A DNA stretch of 64,000 nt from Patescibacteria group bacterium (GTDB taxonomy: Bacteria; Patescibacteriota; Microgenomatia; UBA1406), in NCBI GenBank assembly GCA_041665145.1, contig JBAYJK010000001.1:229629-293628 (forward strand). The letters run 5' to 3'. The first letter of the stretch is position 1. Each line of letters begins with the position of its first letter. Shown here piece by piece: positions 11,902-22,121 of the stretch. The notes under the pieces were generated by a model. The model was not told the DNA's origin. It worked only from the letters and a program-made list of their open reading frames with translations, and made no database searches. The translations under genes and the position numbers were made by a program.

Positions 11902-12279
11902 ATGTATAAATTAAACTCAATTTTGGTTTTTTCCGAAGACTCAAAGAAGTTGGGTGAGTTTTATAAAAAGGTGTTTCAGGCTGAGCCGAGTTGGACAAAT
12001 GGTGACTATTTTGAATTCAAAGTTGGGAACATTTATTTTGAAGTGGGACCTCATTCAGAAGTGCACGGTAAGAGTAAAAATCCAGAGCGTATCTTACTTA
12101 ACTTTCATTTTTCAGACGTTGAAAAAGAATTTAAACGCTTAAAAGAAATGGGAGTGACTGTTATCAAGGAACCATACAAACCTGAAGAAGATCCCCGATT
12201 AACTATCGCTACGTTTGCAGATCCAGATGGTAACTATTTCCAGCTGGTAACCGCCTGGGAAGATTTTAAAAAGAGCTAA
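11902..12279 (+). CDS. VOC/glyoxalase-family small protein
   Basis: 125 aa. The pattern VF.VEDS.K...FY..VF ... F.DPDGN.F.L is typical of glyoxalase/bleomycin-resistance folds. Confidence 0.55.
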   Translation: MYKLNSILVFSEDSKKLGEFYKKVFQAEPSWTNGDYFEFKVGNIYFEVGPHSEVHGKSKNPERILLNFHFSDVEKEFKRLKEMGVTVIKEPYKPEEDPRLTIATFADPDGNYFQLVTAWEDFKKS

Positions 12280-12297
12280 TAAGTTTAGTTCAACACG

Positions 12298-12963
12298 GTG
12301 ATGACTGATAACTTCAAGACGATTGCAGACGTCAATAAGCAAAAGAGGTTTCGAAGCAATACACCAATGCTTGTTGGTGATGAAGAAGGTCTGTTCTTTA
12401 CGAATTACCAAGGTGCATCAGAACACGTCGCTCGGAGGATTAAAGAAGACCTTGGAGTTGTTCCAGTATTAGAACTGTGCTGTGGCATTGGTGGCACTAC
12501 AGTTTTTTTAGCTAAAATGCTGCAGCATATTTATGCGGTTGATCTCAACCCTGTGCGAATTAAAGCTGCTAGGAAGAACGCAGAGAACTTTGGTGTTGGA
12601 GACAAAATAACTTTTCTCAATAAAAATGCACTCGATACTAAAATGTTGAAACAAGCAAAACAAGATCATGTGTTGGCAGTCTTTGTCGATGTGGAGTGGC
12701 GTTCAAATGCTAACCAAAACTGGAATGAGTCTACAGCAGACATATCTAAAACAATACCGCCTATTACAAACGTGTTTGCTGTGACCACGAAATTAGTAAC
12801 AAAAAACATTGTTTTGCATTTATCACCACAGATTGACCACGGCCAATTGCAATCATTAGGGGAGTGTGAGATTGAAGAGGTTGTAATTAACGGAGAAGTC
12901 AAAATGTTGAATGTTTATTACGGTATTTTGAGGCACTGTGCCAATTCTGTGTTTAGAATTTAA
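12298..12963 (+). CDS. Class I SAM-dependent methyltransferase
   Basis: SAM-binding motif VLELCCGIGGTTVFLA followed by YAVDLNP. Substrate unknown. Confidence 0.65.
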   Translation: MMTDNFKTIADVNKQKRFRSNTPMLVGDEEGLFFTNYQGASEHVARRIKEDLGVVPVLELCCGIGGTTVFLAKMLQHIYAVDLNPVRIKAARKNAENFGVGDKITFLNKNALDTKMLKQAKQDHVLAVFVDVEWRSNANQNWNESTADISKTIPPITNVFAVTTKLVTKNIVLHLSPQIDHGQLQSLGECEIEEVVINGEVKMLNVYYGILRHCANSVFRI

Positions 12964-12973
12964 CTTGCTCTGC

Positions 12974-14746
12974 TCAAAACTCAACAAGTCCGCTTTCGGT
13001 GAGAAATTGGGACGGGATGTTGTATTGAGTGCGGCCGTATATCATCCGTTGCTCTGCGTAGGTGATAAAAAGTTTTCTTCGGGCTCTCGTTATTCCGACA
13101 TAAAACAATCTCCGTTCTTCCTCAAGCTCTTCCACATTGCTTGCTGAACGCGTATGGGGCAAAATTCCTTCTTCAAGTCCCACAATGAAAACAGTATCAA
13201 ACTCCAAGCCCTTTGCAGCATGGAGTGTCATCATCGTAATTTTATCGACAGACTCGTCTTTAAAATCATATCCGGTCTCAATGAGTGCGACAGTATCAAG
13301 AAACTCGGCGAGTGTTTCGAAATTAAATGCAACACTTTCGAGTTCCCGAATATTCTCCAAACGTGCAGCGTCCTCAGGGTCGTGGTCATCAAAAATATCC
13401 AAATACGGTACCGCTAAAAGTATCTTCTGTATAAGAGGTCCCGGCTTTTGTTCTGCAGATTGCTCTGCAAGAATCGAAAGAATTTTTTGACCGCGCCGTT
13501 TACCGAGTTTCAGTATTCTGTTTTGCGACAGCGTATCTTTTTTGTTAACAATACAGCGAATGAACGCGAGAACGTCTTTAACTTCCTTCCGTTCGTAAAA
13601 TCTGACACCGCCAAATATTTTGTAGGGAATTCCTTTGTGTAAACAAACCTCTTCAAGCATGCGTGATTGTGCATTAGTGCGGTACAGTATCGCCACGTTT
13701 GCAAACGGTTGGTCATCATTATGCAAAGTCTGTATTTTATTGAGCACAAAAGCTGCCTCATCCTCAGCCGACGACAATTTTACGACTTCAACTTCTTCTC
13801 CCTTTTTTCGGACAGTCCATAATTTAAGAATAGGATGTGAGGTGTTTTGTGAGATAACTGAGAATGCCACATCAAGAATCGGTTGGGTACTTCGGTAGTT
13901 CCGTTCTAAATTGAATGTGACAGATTCGGGAAAGTCGGATTGGAATTTTTCTAAGTTATGGAAGTCCGCACCACGCCACGAATATATGCTTTGAGAAAAA
14001 TCACCAACTATGGTGATGTTGCGGTCTTTTTCTGCTAGGAGTTTGGTGAGCATATATTGTGAATGGTTGGTATCTTGATACTCATCCACTAAAATGAATT
14101 CGAATCGGTTATGATAATGAGCACGTACTGCCTCATCTTCTCTGAGCAATTTTACGGTTTCCAAAAGAAGATCATCAAAGTCCACTGCGTTTAATTCTTT
14201 CAGTTTCTCTTGATAGGCAACATAAAAGTGTGCGGTCTGTTCTTTGAAAAAATCAGTTGCTTGATCCATAAGGTCGGCAGGAGTGAGTAATATATTTTTA
14301 GCGCGAGATACTTCATTAAGAAGTGCGGCCGGCTTGAGATGCGTCTGTATCAGACCTTCTTTAATGATATCTTTTGCAAGATCGTGCTGGTCTTGGTCGT
14401 CGAAAATTGCAAAATCTCTACTCCGTGTTTCGTATAAACCTTGTTTGCGGAGAAGATAGGCGCAGAAAGAATGAAATGTTTGGGCTGTGATAAGTTCTGG
14501 CCGAAGGTAGGAGTCGATCTGTGTCCTGATTCTTTTTTTCATTTCATCCGCTGCCTTGTTGGTAAAGGTCAGCATGAGTATATTCATGGGGTTTACTTGT
14601 GCGGTCTTCAAAAGATACATTGCTTTGTACGTCAGTACTCGAGTTTTTCCGGAACCGGCACCGGCAAGAATAACGGAAGGACCTTTAACATGTTGTACGG
14701 CACTTTGTTGTTCAGGATTCAAATCATTGAGGAAATTATCCGGCAT
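12974..14746 (-). CDS. UvrD/PcrA-family ATP-dependent DNA helicase
   Basis: Superfamily 1 helicase motifs AGAGSGKT, TFHSFC, VDEYQDT, NYRS, TLHAAKGLEFD and YVGITRAR. Confidence 0.9.
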   Translation of the reverse strand: MPDNFLNDLNPEQQSAVQHVKGPSVILAGAGSGKTRVLTYKAMYLLKTAQVNPMNILMLTFTNKAADEMKKRIRTQIDSYLRPELITAQTFHSFCAYLLRKQGLYETRSRDFAIFDDQDQHDLAKDIIKEGLIQTHLKPAALLNEVSRAKNILLTPADLMDQATDFFKEQTAHFYVAYQEKLKELNAVDFDDLLLETVKLLREDEAVRAHYHNRFEFILVDEYQDTNHSQYMLTKLLAEKDRNITIVGDFSQSIYSWRGADFHNLEKFQSDFPESVTFNLERNYRSTQPILDVAFSVISQNTSHPILKLWTVRKKGEEVEVVKLSSAEDEAAFVLNKIQTLHNDDQPFANVAILYRTNAQSRMLEEVCLHKGIPYKIFGGVRFYERKEVKDVLAFIRCIVNKKDTLSQNRILKLGKRRGQKILSILAEQSAEQKPGPLIQKILLAVPYLDIFDDHDPEDAARLENIRELESVAFNFETLAEFLDTVALIETGYDFKDESVDKITMMTLHAAKGLEFDTVFIVGLEEGILPHTRSASNVEELEEERRLFYVGITRARRKLFITYAEQRMIYGRTQYNIPSQFLTESGLVEF

Positions 14747-14764
14747 AAGTTATAATCTTAACAC

Positions 14765-15424
14765 ATGGGTATGCAAATTGTTGTCGGCAACTTCAAAGCA
14801 GAATTAGGTTTCAACGAGATGAAGGATTGGTTAGTTAAATTTATAGAGCTGTATCCAAAAGAAGGTTTTCCCGGCAAAAAAGTCATTTTGTGTCCGAGTG
14901 TTGCACATTTACAGATGACGAAAGACGCCCTTACTTCAGCTGGTATTGTCCTGCCACTCGGTGTTCAGAATATCTCACATATTGAAAAAGGCACCTATAC
15001 GGGTGAAATTACCGTTTCTGCGGTGAGTGGACTTGCTGAGTTTGTCATTATCGGCCATTCAGAACGCCGTCGTAATTTTCAGGACAGGGTCGACCGTATT
15101 CAGGAAAAAATTCATTTGGCAAATGCTCAGGGATTGCAGGTTATTCTCTGCACCGAAGAAATCGAGCGCTATCAGGGAATACTTTTTGCCGTTGCGTATG
15201 AGCCAAGCTCAGCAATCGGCAACGGCAAGCCAGAGGAAGCTGGAGACAGCGTACTTCAGATGAATAAAATAAAATCAGCTTTGCATGCAGATTATTATTT
15301 ATACGGCGGAAGTGTTAATAACTCCAACGTGCACAATTATGTGCAGTCGGGTTTTGATGGAGTTTTAGTAGGGAAGAAAACGCTTGATCCTGTTCATTTT
15401 GTTGAAGTGGTTAAAAATGCGTAA
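14765..15424 (+). CDS. tpiA: Triosephosphate isomerase
   Basis: VVGNFK, active-site IIGHSERR, AYEP..AIG and GGSV motifs. Confidence 0.85.
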   Translation: MGMQIVVGNFKAELGFNEMKDWLVKFIELYPKEGFPGKKVILCPSVAHLQMTKDALTSAGIVLPLGVQNISHIEKGTYTGEITVSAVSGLAEFVIIGHSERRRNFQDRVDRIQEKIHLANAQGLQVILCTEEIERYQGILFAVAYEPSSAIGNGKPEEAGDSVLQMNKIKSALHADYYLYGGSVNNSNVHNYVQSGFDGVLVGKKTLDPVHFVEVVKNA

Positions 15425-15941
15425 ATCAAAACAACGCGTTGCTCATAAATTGTTCTTACTGGGTACTCTTGCAACACTTTTTTTGTTCTTCTATTGCGCA
15501 TGGTTTGTCAGTCCATACGTGTCTTATGGAATCAGAAACGGTTTATTGAAAGTATTTCTCTATCCGACGACAGCGCTTGTTAAGAACAATCAAGGAGTGG
15601 TGACTATTGTCTTACGGGGTACCGGAACAACCGTCGTACAATATGATCTTAATCGTAAAAAGATAGTGCTCATTACATCAGGGAAGCTGTTTAGGGAAAT
15701 TAATAAAAGTTCGGGATATCATGTCATATTTTCAGAACTTCATCAGAATGAAGCACAACGAGCCGCCTCCATAATTACCAGACTGTCTGATATCCGATTC
15801 ATTCTTACGCGGGAGAAATATGTGGAATATGTGAGTTATCTTGATAAGTCTTTGCAAAAAAATATCTCACTTACCGAGTTGTTTGCTTTGTGGAGAACGT
15901 ACCGTTTACACAAAGCACAATTTACTATCGTACAGCAATAA
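15417..15941 (+). CDS. Hypothetical membrane-anchored protein
   Basis: ATG 15417 gives MRKSKQRVAHKLFLLGTLATLFLFFYCAWF (one TM). No recognisable domain. Overlaps the tpiA stop by 8 nt. Confidence 0.4.
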   Translation: MRKSKQRVAHKLFLLGTLATLFLFFYCAWFVSPYVSYGIRNGLLKVFLYPTTALVKNNQGVVTIVLRGTGTTVVQYDLNRKKIVLITSGKLFREINKSSGYHVIFSELHQNEAQRAASIITRLSDIRFILTREKYVEYVSYLDKSLQKNISLTELFALWRTYRLHKAQFTIVQQ

Positions 15942-15968
15942 TTAAGCGTGTTTTGATATACTTTACCC

Positions 15969-16886
15969 ATGGACTTGTCAGTCATCATCCCGTCTTACAA
16001 CACTGTTAAGGAGACATGCGAATGTGTAGAAAGTATCTATGCGAGCCTCAGCAAGTCAACAATTGCATTTGAAATCATCATTTTTGATAACAACTCTCAG
16101 GACTCGTCAGTTCAGACCATACGTCGAAAATTTCCCAAAGTAACAGTTATTGTAAACAAAACAAATCTTGGATACGGAAAGGGAAATAATAAGGCCGTGC
16201 AAATAGCTCGAGGCAAGCATCTTCTGTTTCTGAACTCGGACATTCTGGTACTCGACCGGGCTATTGAAAAGATGTATCAGTACTTCACTACCCATAATGA
16301 GGAATTTGCTATTTTGGGAGCACGGCTGAGGAATAGAGATCTGACGCTTCAACCCTCGGCAGCTCCTTTCTATTCGCTACCCGTTATCTTTGCAGCTTTA
16401 TTTCTCAAGGGGGATTATTGGGGGCTTACCCGGTACTCGCCGAAAGAAGTCGGGATGGTAGACTGGGTGTCCGGCGCGTGTTTCATGATGTTGAAAAAGA
16501 ATTTTGAAGCGGTGGGGGGGTTTGACGAGAACATTTTCATGTATATGGACGAAGTCGATTTTATGTATCGTGCCCGGAAACAGGGTCTGTATGTCGGTTT
16601 TTACCCGCACGCGGAATTCATTCACTACGGAGCATTTTCTACCAATAAAGGAACTGATGTTGAATCTGTCGGAACCCTGTTTGACGGAAAGAAAAAGCCG
16701 GTTGTCACATTATTCAGTGGTTTTCTGTATTTCTATCGAAAACACAACAACAGTACTGAATTGCTTATGTTAAAATTACTACTGATGATGAAAGCCGGTA
16801 TCGGGATATTTGTAGGACTATTAACCGGTAATAGTTATCTGAAACAAACTTATGGAGAAGCTTACAACGTGGTTAAAAAAAGCTAA
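15969..16886 (+). CDS. Family 2 glycosyltransferase
   Basis: LSVIIPSYN start, FDNNSQD and LNSD (DxD-like) motifs typical of GT2. Confidence 0.8.
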   Translation: MDLSVIIPSYNTVKETCECVESIYASLSKSTIAFEIIIFDNNSQDSSVQTIRRKFPKVTVIVNKTNLGYGKGNNKAVQIARGKHLLFLNSDILVLDRAIEKMYQYFTTHNEEFAILGARLRNRDLTLQPSAAPFYSLPVIFAALFLKGDYWGLTRYSPKEVGMVDWVSGACFMMLKKNFEAVGGFDENIFMYMDEVDFMYRARKQGLYVGFYPHAEFIHYGAFSTNKGTDVESVGTLFDGKKKPVVTLFSGFLYFYRKHNNSTELLMLKLLLMMKAGIGIFVGLLTGNSYLKQTYGEAYNVVKKS

Positions 16887-18381
16887 TCTACGGCTCATAC
16901 ACTATGTATTACTGCTGTATATATTCTTTGTGCCTTTATGGCCAAAGCTTCCGTTCAAGACGGTCAGTTATACATATATAGCTGTCCGGTACGAAGATAT
17001 TTTCGTTGCGATTATCGTTCTAGTCTTTCTTTTCGAGCTTATCCGTGGGCGGGTGAAAATTTTCAAAAACCCGTTGTGGTTGTGGATTACGTTGTATTGG
17101 GCAGAAATATTTATCGCATTTCTTGTGGGTTTTTATGTATTCAAGTCCATAATCACGCTTGAGCTCGGATTTCTGAATGCCGCACGGAGAATCGAGTATA
17201 TGATCGTGTTTTTTATTGCATTTGCCGCACTCGAAAACAGAAGACAATTCACGTTGTATGTGCGGAGCATCGTACTGGTTTTTCTGATGGTTAGCGTGTA
17301 CGGTGTCGGTCAAAAGTTTTTCGGGTGGCCGGCTGTTCAGACGATGAACCCAGCGTATTCAAAGGGATTCATCCTAATTCTTGACGGAAACTCCAGAATT
17401 TCATCTACCTTCGGCGGTCATTACGATTACGCTGCGTTTCTTGTGTTTCTTATGCCGCTCGTTCTCACGACATTTATTGCCGCCAAAAAATGGTGGAGAT
17501 TTATGGTGTTCGTCATAGCACTCTCGGCTCTTATTCTCACTGCCTCGCGGGTATCGTTTGGGGCGTATATTGCGTCAATGATTCCGCTCTTATTGTATCT
17601 GCGGAAGTTTAAACTGCTTGTTCTTGTTACCGCGCTTACTCTTATCCTGATGCCGATTTCCAGTAATCTTACACAGAGAATATCGCGGACGTTTCAACAA
17701 CAGCAAATCTGGGTTGATCAAACAACGGGCAAAACCGTTGTTCCTCGGACTATAGTTGCCAGCGACTTGCCCCCTGGAGATTTCACTATCGGGAAACAGA
17801 CGACCGGAGCTCTTGCCACAACAGTGACCGCCGGCGATATTGTAGAGGTTAAGCAAACGATTAGAGAGGCGATAAAAGATAATGCGGCAAAAACAGGGAA
17901 GCCGGTAACGGAAGACCAAATGAATGCAATGGTTGAAGCGGCATTTGCGCGGCTTAAGCCGGCGTCTTCAGTTGTTGCTGATATTTCTTTTGCAACGCGT
18001 TTACAAGTGGAATGGCCTCGTGCCGTGAAAGCTTTTTTAAGAAATCCACTCACCGGACTCGGGCCGTCGTCTATTACCGAAGCGACAGATAATGACTTCC
18101 TCCGATCAATCGGAGAAACCGGAATGCTCGGGTTTGTCTTGTTCTTCGGTGCGATTGGTGTGATTATGAAGAGAATGTGGGACCAACGTAAATCAAAAAA
18201 TACACAATACAACCTTGTGCTTATTGGAGTACTCTTCGGAACATGGGCGCTTCTGGTGAATGCAACGTATATAGATGTTTTTGAAGCATCAAAGGTTGCG
18301 CTTTTTATCTGGCTCGTCTGGGGACTTATAATTAAATCAACATTACTGCCGTACAAGGAAATTGAATCGGTAACAGTCTGA
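16852..18381 (+). CDS. O-antigen ligase/polymerase-like polytopic membrane protein
   Basis: 509 aa with more than 10 TM segments and a large extracytoplasmic loop. Wzy_C-like layout within a glycosyltransferase cluster. Confidence 0.55.
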   Translation: MEKLTTWLKKANLRLIHYVLLLYIFFVPLWPKLPFKTVSYTYIAVRYEDIFVAIIVLVFLFELIRGRVKIFKNPLWLWITLYWAEIFIAFLVGFYVFKSIITLELGFLNAARRIEYMIVFFIAFAALENRRQFTLYVRSIVLVFLMVSVYGVGQKFFGWPAVQTMNPAYSKGFILILDGNSRISSTFGGHYDYAAFLVFLMPLVLTTFIAAKKWWRFMVFVIALSALILTASRVSFGAYIASMIPLLLYLRKFKLLVLVTALTLILMPISSNLTQRISRTFQQQQIWVDQTTGKTVVPRTIVASDLPPGDFTIGKQTTGALATTVTAGDIVEVKQTIREAIKDNAAKTGKPVTEDQMNAMVEAAFARLKPASSVVADISFATRLQVEWPRAVKAFLRNPLTGLGPSSITEATDNDFLRSIGETGMLGFVLFFGAIGVIMKRMWDQRKSKNTQYNLVLIGVLFGTWALLVNATYIDVFEASKVALFIWLVWGLIIKSTLLPYKEIESVTV

Positions 18382-18397
18382 AACACTACCACCAACT

Positions 18398-19834
18398 ATG
18401 AAACACGACTTATGGCTCAAGGCATGCCTTTTCTCCCTCGTGATACTCATTGCGGTAGCCGTCAGGTTTTATAAAATTGACAACTCTATTGCAGAATGGT
18501 TTTCATGGAGACAGTCGGATACTGCTGCAGTCGGAAAGATTTATGTCGAAGAGGGAATAGACCTTTTTCATCCGCGATACTATGATCTCTCAAATATTCA
18601 GTCGGGTAAAGACAATCCGCAAGGCTTAAGGTATGTTGAGTTTCCCCTTTATAGCGCGACATTTGCGATACTTGCCCGTCAGTTTACTTCCGTATCTTTG
18701 GAAGTTTGGGCTCGTATTGTTACCATTGTCAGTTCGTTAATCATAATCAGTATTTTGTTTCATGTGCTGAACAAAGAATACGGGCTTGCTGAAGCATTTT
18801 TCGGGAGCCTGTTTTTTGCAACCGCACCATATATCGTTTTTTATTCACGGGCAGTACTGCCGGATATGCCGGCGGTAGCTCTTGCAATGATCAGTATTTT
18901 TTTCATGTATCGGTCGTTGCAAAAAGGGTGGATTGCAATTATATTGAGCGCTGTATTTATGGCCCTTGCACTTCTGGTAAAACCAACCGTTATTTATTTT
19001 GCGATTATTCCGATGTATCTGGTTTTCCGAAGGCCATTTGCCAACAAATTCCATTTATTTCCGGCAATCGGAATTTTCTTGAGTATTGCGGCAATTCCTT
19101 TTGGGCTATGGCGATTGTTTATTTCCCAGTTTCCTGAGGGGATTCCGGCAAATCAGTGGCTTTTTACCATGGTTAATACGTCAGAAGGGTTGAAAAACAT
19201 TTTTTTCAGGCCAGCTTTTTTCAGATGGATTTTTTTTGAAAGAATCTCCCACATGATTCTTGGAGGTTATATGTTGTTTTTCGTGATTTTGAGTTTCTTT
19301 AACGTTGAGAAGAACAAGCTGAAACTACACATTCTGTTTATTGTCAGTGGTCTTCTGTATTTATTCACATTTCAGGGAGGAAACGTGCAGCATGATTACT
19401 ATCAGATCATGATTACTCCGATGCTTGCGGTATTAGTCGGTGTAGGCGTCGGCTGGTTTCTTAAGCAACGGAAGTGGGGACTGTTAGCCTTTCGATTTGC
19501 AGTAGTCCTCGTGATTTTCGGAATGTCGATTTTCTTTTCTTATAACCAGATCAGCGGATATTACAATCAAAGCGAGGACTTGGTACTTATCGCAGAAGTG
19601 ATCGATTCTTTTACCAATAAGAACGATATTATTGTTACCGACACGGAGGGTGATACAACATTATTGTATCTCAGTAGTCGCAGAGGATATCCTGCTCCAT
19701 ACCGGGAATTTGCTGAACTCAAAAAACAGGGGGCGAAGTATTTTGCAACACAGGCGTTGAGTTATAAACCGAAACTCATTAAAACTTATAAGTTATTATT
19801 CGAAAACGACAAAGTTCTGCTTTTTGCGCTATGA
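18398..19834 (+). CDS. GT39/ArnT-like (PMT_2) membrane glycosyltransferase
   Basis: 478 aa, polytopic. The N-terminal region VAVRFYKIDN ... W.QSDTAAVGK resembles dolichyl/undecaprenyl-phosphate-sugar-dependent transferases. Confidence 0.55.
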   Translation: MKHDLWLKACLFSLVILIAVAVRFYKIDNSIAEWFSWRQSDTAAVGKIYVEEGIDLFHPRYYDLSNIQSGKDNPQGLRYVEFPLYSATFAILARQFTSVSLEVWARIVTIVSSLIIISILFHVLNKEYGLAEAFFGSLFFATAPYIVFYSRAVLPDMPAVALAMISIFFMYRSLQKGWIAIILSAVFMALALLVKPTVIYFAIIPMYLVFRRPFANKFHLFPAIGIFLSIAAIPFGLWRLFISQFPEGIPANQWLFTMVNTSEGLKNIFFRPAFFRWIFFERISHMILGGYMLFFVILSFFNVEKNKLKLHILFIVSGLLYLFTFQGGNVQHDYYQIMITPMLAVLVGVGVGWFLKQRKWGLLAFRFAVVLVIFGMSIFFSYNQISGYYNQSEDLVLIAEVIDSFTNKNDIIVTDTEGDTTLLYLSSRRGYPAPYREFAELKKQGAKYFATQALSYKPKLIKTYKLLFENDKVLLFAL

Positions 19835-21030
19835 AGATATTGATGTTAACTCCGTACTTGCCGTATCCTCCCTCTTCTGGAGGTCAAATACGAACTTACA
19901 ATCTTCTCAAATACCTCAGTAAAAATAATCAGATAACGCTGATTTCTCTCTATAAGAATGAACAGGAAAAGAAATATATAACCTATCTAAAATCTTTCTG
20001 TAGCAATATTTACTTATGTAAACGTGCAGAGCGTCCCTGGCAATTGAAAAACATGCTCAAGGCAATACTGTTTCCCTATCCGTTTCTTGTTGTCCGTAAT
20101 TTTTCTGACGAAGCCAAGGAAAAAGTCTCGAAGTTGTTGCACGAAGAACACTTTGATGTTATCCACGCAGAAACATTCTATATCATGCCACATTTGCCCG
20201 AGACAAAAATACCGGTATTGTTGGTAGAACAGACGATAGAATACCAGGTATACCAGCACTTTGTTGATACACTCCCAAAACTGGTACAACCTATTTTTAA
20301 CCGTGACATAACTAAACTAATTTATTGGGAGAAGTACTATTGGCGGAAGGCAAATGTTGTGGCAACCGTGAGTCTCTCGGACAAACTTAAAATTGAGGAG
20401 TCTGAACCGAAGACAAATTTGACGATTGTTCCCAACGGTGCGGGGGACGATATGATGCATATACAACTCAAACCTCGAGACATGAAGAATCCGAAATTGT
20501 TGTTTATCGGCAATTTCTCCTGGCTTCAAAATACTGAGGCGGCACACATGCTTATGCGGGATATCTTTCCTGAAATTCTGAAAAAAATACCAACAGCTCA
20601 GCTGATTATTGCAGGGCAAAATGCGGACAAAAAACTCACGGCAGAGACGAGCGAACATGTTGAGGTGATTAATATCAGTACGTCAGATACGCAAATTGTT
20701 CCCAAACTATATGAAGCGGCAACGTTATTTATTGCACCGATTCACGGCCCGGGGGGTACGCGTTTGAAATTACTGGCGGCGATGGCAGCAGGGTTGCCGA
20801 TTGTCTCGACAAGTATCGGTGTCGAAGGGCTGGATCTGACCAATGGCAGTAACGTGTTGATCGCAGAAGATAGAGAGCAATTTATCGCTAAAGTAGAAAA
20901 TATACTTCGTGAGAAGAAGCTCTTTTCTGCAGTTCAACGCAATGCATATCAACTGGTGCGAGAGAAGTTTAACTGGGAGAAAATCGCCTTGAAACTCGAA
21001 GAAGTTTATCAGAAACTGACACAAACATGA
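19831..21030 (+). CDS. GT4-family glycosyltransferase
   Basis: MKILMLTPYLPYPPSSGG start and a C-terminal GT-B region (..PIHGPGGTRLKLLAAMAAGLPIVST..G.EG). ATGA overlap with the upstream gene. Confidence 0.8.
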   Translation: MKILMLTPYLPYPPSSGGQIRTYNLLKYLSKNNQITLISLYKNEQEKKYITYLKSFCSNIYLCKRAERPWQLKNMLKAILFPYPFLVVRNFSDEAKEKVSKLLHEEHFDVIHAETFYIMPHLPETKIPVLLVEQTIEYQVYQHFVDTLPKLVQPIFNRDITKLIYWEKYYWRKANVVATVSLSDKLKIEESEPKTNLTIVPNGAGDDMMHIQLKPRDMKNPKLLFIGNFSWLQNTEAAHMLMRDIFPEILKKIPTAQLIIAGQNADKKLTAETSEHVEVINISTSDTQIVPKLYEAATLFIAPIHGPGGTRLKLLAAMAAGLPIVSTSIGVEGLDLTNGSNVLIAEDREQFIAKVENILREKKLFSAVQRNAYQLVREKFNWEKIALKLEEVYQKLTQT

Positions 21031-22121
21031 GAATCGGTATAGATGTATCGCCGATCCAATATGCCGGGACAGGTGTGGCGCGATATACCACAGAACTCGT
21101 GGAGCACTTAGTGACCCAAAAGTCTCCGCATGAATATACGCTTTTTTACTCGTCTTTTGGAAATATTGCCGCAATTACCAATCTTAAGGAAGTGCTTGCG
21201 CCTCAAAAAAACGTGCATATTAGGACCTTTCCTATTCCGGAGTTCGTTTTGCATGGTCTGTGGAATGAGAAGAACCTGGTTTCGGTAGAGCAATTTATTG
21301 GCAAACAAGATCTGTTTTTGTATTCCGATTGGTTAATGCCACCGTTTTCTGGTAAGAAGGTGACTACGGTACATGATCTGGTATTCAAAAAGTATCCCCA
21401 AACAGTCCATCCGTATATATTGAAAACGCAAGAAAAAAGGTTTGACCGATTGGTCAAAGAGTCATTCTTTATAATGTGTGATTCGTACGCCACACAAAAA
21501 GATTTGCTTGAGTTGTACCCTATAGACAAGGACAATACGAAAGTTATTTACCCGGGTGTTACAACCGTCGCACAGTCTAAAGAGGTTTGCGTAGCGACAC
21601 GTAAGGAACTGGGACTCACAAAGCCATTCATACTGACTGTCGGTAAAAAAGAACCGCGGAAGAATATTCCCCGGTTAATTGATGCTTTTGGTAGTCTGAA
21701 GAATGCGGATGTAGAACTTGCTATTGTCGGACCGTCCGGGTGGGAAGATGTTGATTCGTCTACGGGAGTCCGTGTAATTCCATTTATTCAGGATGCCGAA
21801 CTGTATGCATTGTATCAGGAGGCGCTCTGTTTTGTGATGCCTTCGTTATATGAGGGCTTCGGATTTCCTCTGGTTGAAGCGATGAGTTTGGGTTGTCCCA
21901 CTGCCTGCTCGCAAAATTCTTCCCTAAGCGAGTTAGGTGAGGACGCATCACTTTTTTTTGATCCACTCGACAGTGCGAGCATCGCACGGGCTCTTAAACG
22001 GTTAACGGAAGATGTAAAATTGCGGGAGGAACTTATTAAAAAAGGAAAGAAAAAAGCGTCGCAGTTTTCATGGGAGAAAACTGCTCAGAATGTTATGGGA
22101 GTTTTAAACAAACTGGCATGA
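21027..22121 (+). CDS. GT4-family glycosyltransferase
   Basis: MRIGIDVSP start, EPRKNI and PSLYEGFGFPLVEAMSLGCP (E-x7-E region). Confidence 0.8.
   Translation: MRIGIDVSPIQYAGTGVARYTTELVEHLVTQKSPHEYTLFYSSFGNIAAITNLKEVLAPQKNVHIRTFPIPEFVLHGLWNEKNLVSVEQFIGKQDLFLYSDWLMPPFSGKKVTTVHDLVFKKYPQTVHPYILKTQEKRFDRLVKESFFIMCDSYATQKDLLELYPIDKDNTKVIYPGVTTVAQSKEVCVATRKELGLTKPFILTVGKKEPRKNIPRLIDAFGSLKNADVELAIVGPSGWEDVDSSTGVRVIPFIQDAELYALYQEALCFVMPSLYEGFGFPLVEAMSLGCPTACSQNSSLSELGEDASLFFDPLDSASIARALKRLTEDVKLREELIKKGKKKASQFSWEKTAQNVMGVLNKLA

Noticed and set aside
17718-18395. 225-aa minus-strand ORF inside the O-antigen-ligase-like gene
   Set aside because: It is long, but it is fully contained in a plus-strand ORF with a coherent polytopic membrane profile in an operon of same-strand genes. 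Its own translation has no motif.
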